Assembly: GCA_047947115.1 (NCBI GenBank)
Contig: CP170459.1
Location: forward strand, 2,944,001-3,008,000
Length of the DNA stretch: 64,000 bases
Reading direction: 5' to 3'
Source: Verrucomicrobiota bacterium
GTDB lineage: Bacteria > Verrucomicrobiota > Verrucomicrobiia > Limisphaerales > AAA164-E04
Of this stretch, positions 58,304 through 64,000 are shown piece by piece (within the stretch, counting starts at the first letter, position 1; each line of letters starts with the position of its first letter). Below the pieces are notes generated by a model. That model saw only the letters and a list, made by a program, of their open reading frames with translations, was not told the origin of the DNA and did no database searches. A program made the position numbers and the translations under genes.

Positions 58304-58980
58304 AATTTCGAATGAAGCCCAATATTGCACTCGTTGTTCAAAAGTCTAGTCTTTGAGAGTTCAAGGATGAAGGGATTGCAGTGCTTCCTGTGCTTCAACG
58401 GCCTCGATTTCCTCCCACGTTGGAGCGCGCCACCCCCTCACTTTTGCCAAACAACTATTTTTCCATCATGTAGCATGAATCACCCTGCGGTCGTCGAATT
58501 AACCCAGAATGCCAAGTGTTCTCTGCTTGGGGCATAGTGCGAGCTTGTCAAAGAAGTTGTCACCGGAACCCGACTTGATCATAGCATCAGTCATGCTGTA
58601 AACCTCACCCGTTAATTGTTCCTGAGAACAGAAGCACCATCTAATATTCACTTCTGAAGGGCTAATCCGTGCGAAAATAGCCTGCACTTTAGTGGAATTG
58701 CTCTCAATAAGACGTCTTTGGTTCATTTTCAGCTTGGGATAAAGCTCTAATTTTCTGAGGAAACGGTAGTATTCATGGTTGATCGGGAGTGACCATTCGA
58801 GGAAAATGGGTCCTTTAGGGTAAGTGGTTATTGACATCGTGCCATAGGGAAATAGGTTGGCGGCTGTTGATTGCTGAGAGTATGATTCAAGAGGTCTGGC
58901 GATCCGAAATCTTCTTAAGCTAAGCTTATTCCGATTGTCAGGCTGTGTTTTTATTCAGATGTTTAAACAGATAAAGAGAT

Positions 58981-59970
58981 ATGGGGATCAGGGAATCATT
59001 AATTAGGTGGGTGGACTCCTATCAGGGAGGACTTTCCGATGAAGATTCCGACTCCAAAGTTAGAAAGCTGTCCAGAAATGATCTGGTCAGGTGCATCCCC
59101 TTCGTAGGTATCCACCTGGGTTCCTTGGCGGTCATCTGGGTAGGTGTTTCGCCGGTTGCAGTTGGGCTGGCAGCTCTGGCATACGCGGTGCGTATGTTTG
59201 CTGTCACAGGATTTTATCATCGCTACTTTTCTCATTGCGCGTTCAAGACCAGTCGTATTATTCAGTTCATTTTTGCTGCCGTTGGTGCCACAAGTGTTCA
59301 GCGTGGTGCTTTATGGTGGGCGGCACACCACCGCCATCACCATCGCCATTCGGATGAACCCGACGACATTCATTCCCCCGATCGGATGGGGTTCTGGTGG
59401 AGTCATGTTTTATGGCTAATGAGCGAACATCATTTCAGGACCCGGACAAAGCTTGTACGAGATTGGGCAAAGTTCCCGGAGTTGGTATTCCTGGATCGAT
59501 TTGATATCCTGATTCCTGTTGTGTTTGCGACCGCAACATTCGCACTGGGGGAATGCTTGGCTTTCGCAGCACCTCAGCTCGGCACTGATGGCTGGCAGAT
59601 GTTCGTATGGGTGTTTGTCATATCAACCGTTGTTCTTTATCACTGCACCTTCACGATCAATTCTCTGGCTCACAAATGGGGCAGCAAACGTTTTAAACGG
59701 AATGACGAAAGTCGCAACAATTGGTTGCTTGCAATTTTGACCTTGGGAGAGGGGTGGCATAACAACCATCACCACTACCCGCACTCTGCGAGACAGGGTT
59801 TTTATTGGTGGGAAATCGATATCACCTATTCTATCCTTTGGATCATGTCAAAACTGGGCATTGTTTGGGACTTAAAGCCCGTTCCGCAGAGAGTGTTAGA
59901 TCAAGGCCGCCAGGTGTCAGGCAAGGCTCCCGAAGCCAACAAGGCCCATCGGAAAGAGTTCAACAGATGA
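58981..59970 (+). CDS. Delta-9-type acyl-CoA/acyl-lipid desaturase
   Basis: His boxes HRYFSH, HRHHH and HNNHH; INSLAH, GEGWHNNHH. Confidence 0.93.
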   Translation: MGIRESLIRWVDSYQGGLSDEDSDSKVRKLSRNDLVRCIPFVGIHLGSLAVIWVGVSPVAVGLAALAYAVRMFAVTGFYHRYFSHCAFKTSRIIQFIFAAVGATSVQRGALWWAAHHRHHHRHSDEPDDIHSPDRMGFWWSHVLWLMSEHHFRTRTKLVRDWAKFPELVFLDRFDILIPVVFATATFALGECLAFAAPQLGTDGWQMFVWVFVISTVVLYHCTFTINSLAHKWGSKRFKRNDESRNNWLLAILTLGEGWHNNHHHYPHSARQGFYWWEIDITYSILWIMSKLGIVWDLKPVPQRVLDQGRQVSGKAPEANKAHRKEFNR

Positions 59971-61211
59971 AGACAGCCATTGTTGGCACGGGAATTTCCG
60001 GTATGGTATGCGGTCACCTTTTGGCTGACCACCATGAACTGACTGTTTTCGAATCCGCCGGGTACATTGGTGGTCATACGAACACCATTAATTTGAACAT
60101 GGGGGCCAAGCACTATTCGATTGACACAGGTTTTATCGTCTTCAACAAAAAGACATATCCACATTTCCTCAGTCTGATGGATGGCCTTGGAGTCAAATAC
60201 CAGGAAACCTCAATGAGCTTCAGCGTAAAATGTGAGGTCACCGGACTAGAATACAATGGGACAAATCTCAACTCATTGTTTGCTCAACGACTCAATCTGT
60301 TCAGGCCCGGTTTTCTGAAGATGATCAGAGGAATCCTTGCATTTAACAAAGCTGCAAAGGCTTTCCTGCAAGAACAGCGTCATGAGACCACTCTGGGGCA
60401 GTTCATTCGAGAAGCAAAGGTGCCAGATGCTGTTGTCCAATACTACCTCATTCCCATGGCAGCTTCTGTATGGTCTGCCGATCCAAGACAGATGTGGGAC
60501 TTTCCTGCAAATTTCTTACTGCGCTTTTGGGCCAATCATGGCTTTCTTGAAATCGACACACGACCTCAATGGTATGTTATCAGCGGTGGCTCCAGTGCCT
60601 ATATTCCCAAACTTACGGAAAAGTATCGTCATGCCATACACCTCAACACACCCGTGAAATCAGTCAGGCGCAGTGGTTGCAAAGTCTTCGTCACAGCCGG
60701 ATCGCGACCGGAAGAGGAGTTTGACCACGTGATCTTTGCTTGTCACAGCGATCAGGCTTTGAAAATCATTCAGGATCCATCCGAAAAGGAGCAAAGACTG
60801 CTTGCCTCGATTCCATATCTCAAGAACCGAGCCATCTTACACACGGACCCCACGGTCCTGCCCAAAAAGAAACTTGCTTGGGCGGCATGGAACTATCACC
60901 TCGCCAGTCAAGATGCATCGACTGCAAGTCTCACCTATAACATGAATATTCTGCAATCCATTCCGGAAGACCATATATTCAATGTGACACTCAACCCAAG
61001 AATCCCTATTGCACCCGAGCGGATCTTGCGCAGGTTGGACTATCATCATCCAGTATTCACCATCGAAGGAATCGATCAGCAAAAGGCATATGATAAATTC
61101 TTAGGTCAAAACAACACTTCTTTTTGTGGTGCATACCTGAGAAACGGATTCCACGAAGATGGCGTTGTGTCGGCAATCAAAGTGTGCAAAAACCTGGGAG
61201 TAGCGGCATGA
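59967..61211 (+). CDS. FAD-dependent oxidoreductase (COG2907 type; UfaD-like)
   Basis: ATGA overlap with the desaturase; IVGTGISG, GGHTNT, DTGFIVFN..TYP, MSFSV, AWNY, GFHEDG. Confidence 0.88.
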   Translation: MKTAIVGTGISGMVCGHLLADHHELTVFESAGYIGGHTNTINLNMGAKHYSIDTGFIVFNKKTYPHFLSLMDGLGVKYQETSMSFSVKCEVTGLEYNGTNLNSLFAQRLNLFRPGFLKMIRGILAFNKAAKAFLQEQRHETTLGQFIREAKVPDAVVQYYLIPMAASVWSADPRQMWDFPANFLLRFWANHGFLEIDTRPQWYVISGGSSAYIPKLTEKYRHAIHLNTPVKSVRRSGCKVFVTAGSRPEEEFDHVIFACHSDQALKIIQDPSEKEQRLLASIPYLKNRAILHTDPTVLPKKKLAWAAWNYHLASQDASTASLTYNMNILQSIPEDHIFNVTLNPRIPIAPERILRRLDYHHPVFTIEGIDQQKAYDKFLGQNNTSFCGAYLRNGFHEDGVVSAIKVCKNLGVAA

Positions 61212-62068
61212 GCAATTACCAGAGTGCTATCTACACGGGCACCATCCTTCACAGCAGGAATTATCCTGATTCGAATCAATTTTGCTATAATCTGTTCATG
61301 CTTTATTTGGATATCGATGAGCTTCCCAACCTGTTTCAAAGCTTTCGTTTCTGGTCTTACAACAAACCAAATCTTGGCTCGTTCCGCCGGTCCGACTACA
61401 TTGGCCCGACATCCTGTTCCATTCGAGAGGCGTTGCAAAAAACGGTATTTGAAAAGACGGGTACAAAGATTGACGGTCCGATTCGAATGCTGACCCATCT
61501 GCGTTATTTTGGATATGTTTTCAACCCGGTGACTTTCTATTATTGCTTTGATGATGCCGAACATTTGGTGGCTGTTGTCTCAGAAATCGAAAACACACCT
61601 TGGGGTGAACGGCACACCTATGTGACCATCAATGAGCGACACACTATGAATGCACCCATGACCAGGACCTTTGACAAAGAATTCCATGTATCTCCTTTTT
61701 TGCCTATTGATATGAAATATATCTGGTCCTTTAGTGTTCCAGGCATTCAAGAACGGAGCGACCTGCAGATACACATGCAGGCCATGAAAAAGAATGCTGA
61801 AACCTTTAACGCACACTTGAACATGAAGCGTCAAGAGATCAACAGCAGATCATTGAATTGGATGCTGTTCAGATTTCCATTCATGACCCTTCAGGTGATC
61901 GCAGGCATCTATTGGCAGGCATTGAAGCTTTATTTGAAAAAAGCAACTTTTTACAGTCATCCAGATCCCGCCAGTCAGAGAACCCTTTTTGGAGCCAACA
62001 AAGCTTCATCAAAATACCCACTCGAGAAAGAGGCAGAGCATGTCACATCAAATCCGGACGCTGACTAA
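61208..62068 (+). CDS. DUF1365 protein (UfaO-like)
   Basis: ATGA overlap; FNPVTFYYC, E.ENTPWGERH.Y, K.FHVSPF, IYWQALKL..K. Confidence 0.9.
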   Translation: MSNYQSAIYTGTILHSRNYPDSNQFCYNLFMLYLDIDELPNLFQSFRFWSYNKPNLGSFRRSDYIGPTSCSIREALQKTVFEKTGTKIDGPIRMLTHLRYFGYVFNPVTFYYCFDDAEHLVAVVSEIENTPWGERHTYVTINERHTMNAPMTRTFDKEFHVSPFLPIDMKYIWSFSVPGIQERSDLQIHMQAMKKNAETFNAHLNMKRQEINSRSLNWMLFRFPFMTLQVIAGIYWQALKLYLKKATFYSHPDPASQRTLFGANKASSKYPLEKEAEHVTSNPDAD

Positions 62069-63320
62069 TTCAAAGTCTGTTTCAACGTTGGAAAAGTGGT
62101 TTCGTCAGCAGCTGTTTCGCAAGCTGGAAAGCCTCGCTGTCGGCCAGCTTACTATCCACGATTGGGAGGGATCCCAATCGTTTCAGGGCAGTATGGAAGG
62201 TCCGAGTGCTGTCATTCAGGTGACTGACCCCACTTTTTATACCTCCATTAGTTTGAGAGGAAGTCTTGGCGCGGCCGAATCTTACATGGCTGGCCTCTGG
62301 CATGCTGACAGTCTGGTAAAGGTGGTGCGCATACTTGTCTTGAATCAGGATCTTCTTCAGGGATTTGAAGGCGGGCTGGCGTCAGTTCAGAAAATCGCCG
62401 GAGCTGTCTACCATTTTGCGAGGCAGAATTCCATCAAGGGCAGCAAACGCAACATTGCTGCCCATTACGATCTCAGCAATGAGATGTTCGAGTTGTTTCT
62501 CGACAAATCCATGATGTATTCATGCGCGTATTACGAGAAGCACGATTCCTCTCTCGAAGAAGCCCAGTTCGCAAAACTCGACCTCATTTGCCGAAAATTG
62601 AATCTCAACAGAAATGATCACGTCATCGAAATCGGAGCCGGATGGGGAGGCTTCGCCATTCATGCGGCCAAGCGGTATGGCTGCAGGATCACCACTACGA
62701 CAATTTCTGAGGAGCAATACACCTTTGCCAGGGCACGCATTGTGGCCGAAGGCCTTGAAGACCAGATCAAACTCCTCAGGGAAGATTATCGGCACCTGGA
62801 AGGTAAATTCTCCAAACTGGTATCCATCGAAATGATTGAAGCGGTAGGGCATCAGTACCTTGACGATTACATGGCAAAATGTGCTTCTCTCTTGAAGCAA
62901 AACGGATGCGGGCTCATTCAGGCCATTACCATCAATGATCAGTTTTATGCTCGAGCGCTGAAGGAAGTTGATTTCATTAAAAAATACATATTCCCGGGAA
63001 GTTTCATTCCTTCGATATCCGCGATCCTTGAAAGCGCCAAGAAGAGATCGGACCTGAGACTTTATAACCTGGAGGATTTGACGCCTCACTACGCCAGAAC
63101 CTTGTCTGATTGGCGGCAAAGGTTTCTCGAAAACTCGGGCAAATTAAGATCCATGGGATTTGACGAAAGATTCATAAAAATGTGGGATTATTACTTTTGT
63201 TATTGTATCGGGGGCTTTGAGGAGCGCTCGATTGGCAATTGCCACCTTATTTTTGGCAAGCCCGATTATCGGGGGGACTTGACTCAGCACATTGAATGGA
63301 AGAAAGGGGAGCAATCATGA
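62040..63320 (+). CDS. cfa: Cyclopropane-fatty-acyl-phospholipid synthase family SAM methyltransferase (UfaM/Cfa-like)
   Basis: GAAESYM.G.W, NIAAHYDLSN, MMYSCA, EIGAGWGG, SIEMIEAVG, FI.KYIFPG, W.YY..YC..GF. Confidence 0.88.
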   Translation: MSHQIRTLTNSKSVSTLEKWFRQQLFRKLESLAVGQLTIHDWEGSQSFQGSMEGPSAVIQVTDPTFYTSISLRGSLGAAESYMAGLWHADSLVKVVRILVLNQDLLQGFEGGLASVQKIAGAVYHFARQNSIKGSKRNIAAHYDLSNEMFELFLDKSMMYSCAYYEKHDSSLEEAQFAKLDLICRKLNLNRNDHVIEIGAGWGGFAIHAAKRYGCRITTTTISEEQYTFARARIVAEGLEDQIKLLREDYRHLEGKFSKLVSIEMIEAVGHQYLDDYMAKCASLLKQNGCGLIQAITINDQFYARALKEVDFIKKYIFPGSFIPSISAILESAKKRSDLRLYNLEDLTPHYARTLSDWRQRFLENSGKLRSMGFDERFIKMWDYYFCYCIGGFEERSIGNCHLIFGKPDYRGDLTQHIEWKKGEQS

Positions 63321-64000
63321 GCAAGGCTATTGCATGGGCAGAACAGGGACGCTTACCAGATGCGGTCGTGAAGTACGGGATCAGAAGATTATTGTTGCAG
63401 CGAATCAATGAACTGCCTGCGGATCCGTCAATGCAACTGCAGCAGTACACGTCCGATTTGATCCGGGAACTGAAACATTCACCGATTGCACTTGAAACCA
63501 AGGCCGCCAATCAACAGCACTACGAAGTCCCATCGCAATTTTTCAAACTGTCATTGGGCAAGCACTTGAAATACAGTTCTGCTTATTATGACAAAGGGGC
63601 AGAGAATCTGGATCAAGCTGAGGAGCACATGTTGGCTCTGACGGCAGAAAGGGCCGAAATTCATGATGGCATGAAAATCATGGACCTCGGGTGTGGTTGG
63701 GGATCCTTCTCACTTTGGGCAGCAGGCAAATTCCCCGGGTGCACATTCAAGTCTGTTTCGAACTCCTCTTCCCAAAGGGAATACATCGAAAGCCAGGCGG
63801 CAGCCCGCGGATTAAAAAATATAGAGGTCATCACTGCTGATATGAACAGTTTTGATGTGGACGAAACGTTCGATCGGATTGTCTCGGTTGAAATGTTCGA
63901 ACACATGCGGAACTATGAGAAGCTGATGGCAAAAACCAGCGGGTGGCTGAAGCCGGATGGCAGGTTGTTTGTTCATATTTTCTGCCACAAGACAACCCCC
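63317..64000 (+). CDS. Second Cfa-family SAM methyltransferase (coclaurine N-methyltransferase-like), truncated at window end
   Basis: ATGA overlap; manual translation MSKAIAWAEQGRLPD..ANQQHYEVP..LGKHLKYSS..DLGCGWGS..SNS..Q..VSVEMFEHMRNY..LFVHIFCH. Confidence 0.88.
   Translation, partial: MSKAIAWAEQGRLPDAVVKYGIRRLLLQRINELPADPSMQLQQYTSDLIRELKHSPIALETKAANQQHYEVPSQFFKLSLGKHLKYSSAYYDKGAENLDQAEEHMLALTAERAEIHDGMKIMDLGCGWGSFSLWAAGKFPGCTFKSVSNSSSQREYIESQAAARGLKNIEVITADMNSFDVDETFDRIVSVEMFEHMRNYEKLMAKTSGWLKPDGRLFVHIFCHKTTP

Noticed and set aside
58499..58837. 112-aa minus-strand ORF
   Set aside because: No recognisable family or coding signature; could be a remnant but is unsupported
58900..58930. 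RpoE/ChrR-type promoter (CGATCC...TAAG) before the desaturase operon
   Set aside because: Mismatch at -35 and spacing does not fit well; too weak to call

Overview
Gene-dense bacterial chromosomal segment, most likely from the PVC superphylum and probably Verrucomicrobiota. That assignment is an inference from the PSCyt1 and DUF1549-DUF1553-DUF1501 genes, an H-X9-DG prepilin-like gene, three Cys-type sulfatases, murJ/FtsB-like genes and secreted proteins ending in an F/Y-F/Y-R module. About 42 CDS and one tRNA-Lys(TTT) are supportable. Housekeeping genes: lysS, murJ, folE2, mog, a U32/RlhA-type hydroxylase and a rhomboid protease. Most notable: (1) a 2979-aa apparently non-catalytic protein built from 19 EPN-type PPC-like repeats, lying beside a chymotrypsin-type protease with six PPC-like domains; (2) a shared, uncharacterised terminal module in three secreted proteins, a candidate sorting signal; (3) a sugar kinase-MurQ fusion; (4) an orphan four-heme NapB-like cytochrome divergent from a molybdopterin enzyme-pentapeptide repeat fusion; (5) a desaturase/FAD oxidoreductase/DUF1365/two-methyltransferase operon resembling the furan fatty acid pathway, beside a glutathione peroxidase; (6) a low-GC nucleotidyltransferase plus small-ORF pair followed by nested REP-like repeats; (7) an uncharacterised secreted two-gene module. 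No CRISPR array, integrase, transposase or rRNA was seen. All family assignments come from motif recognition by eye, not database searches, and several start codons were moved downstream of the ORF-track starts.
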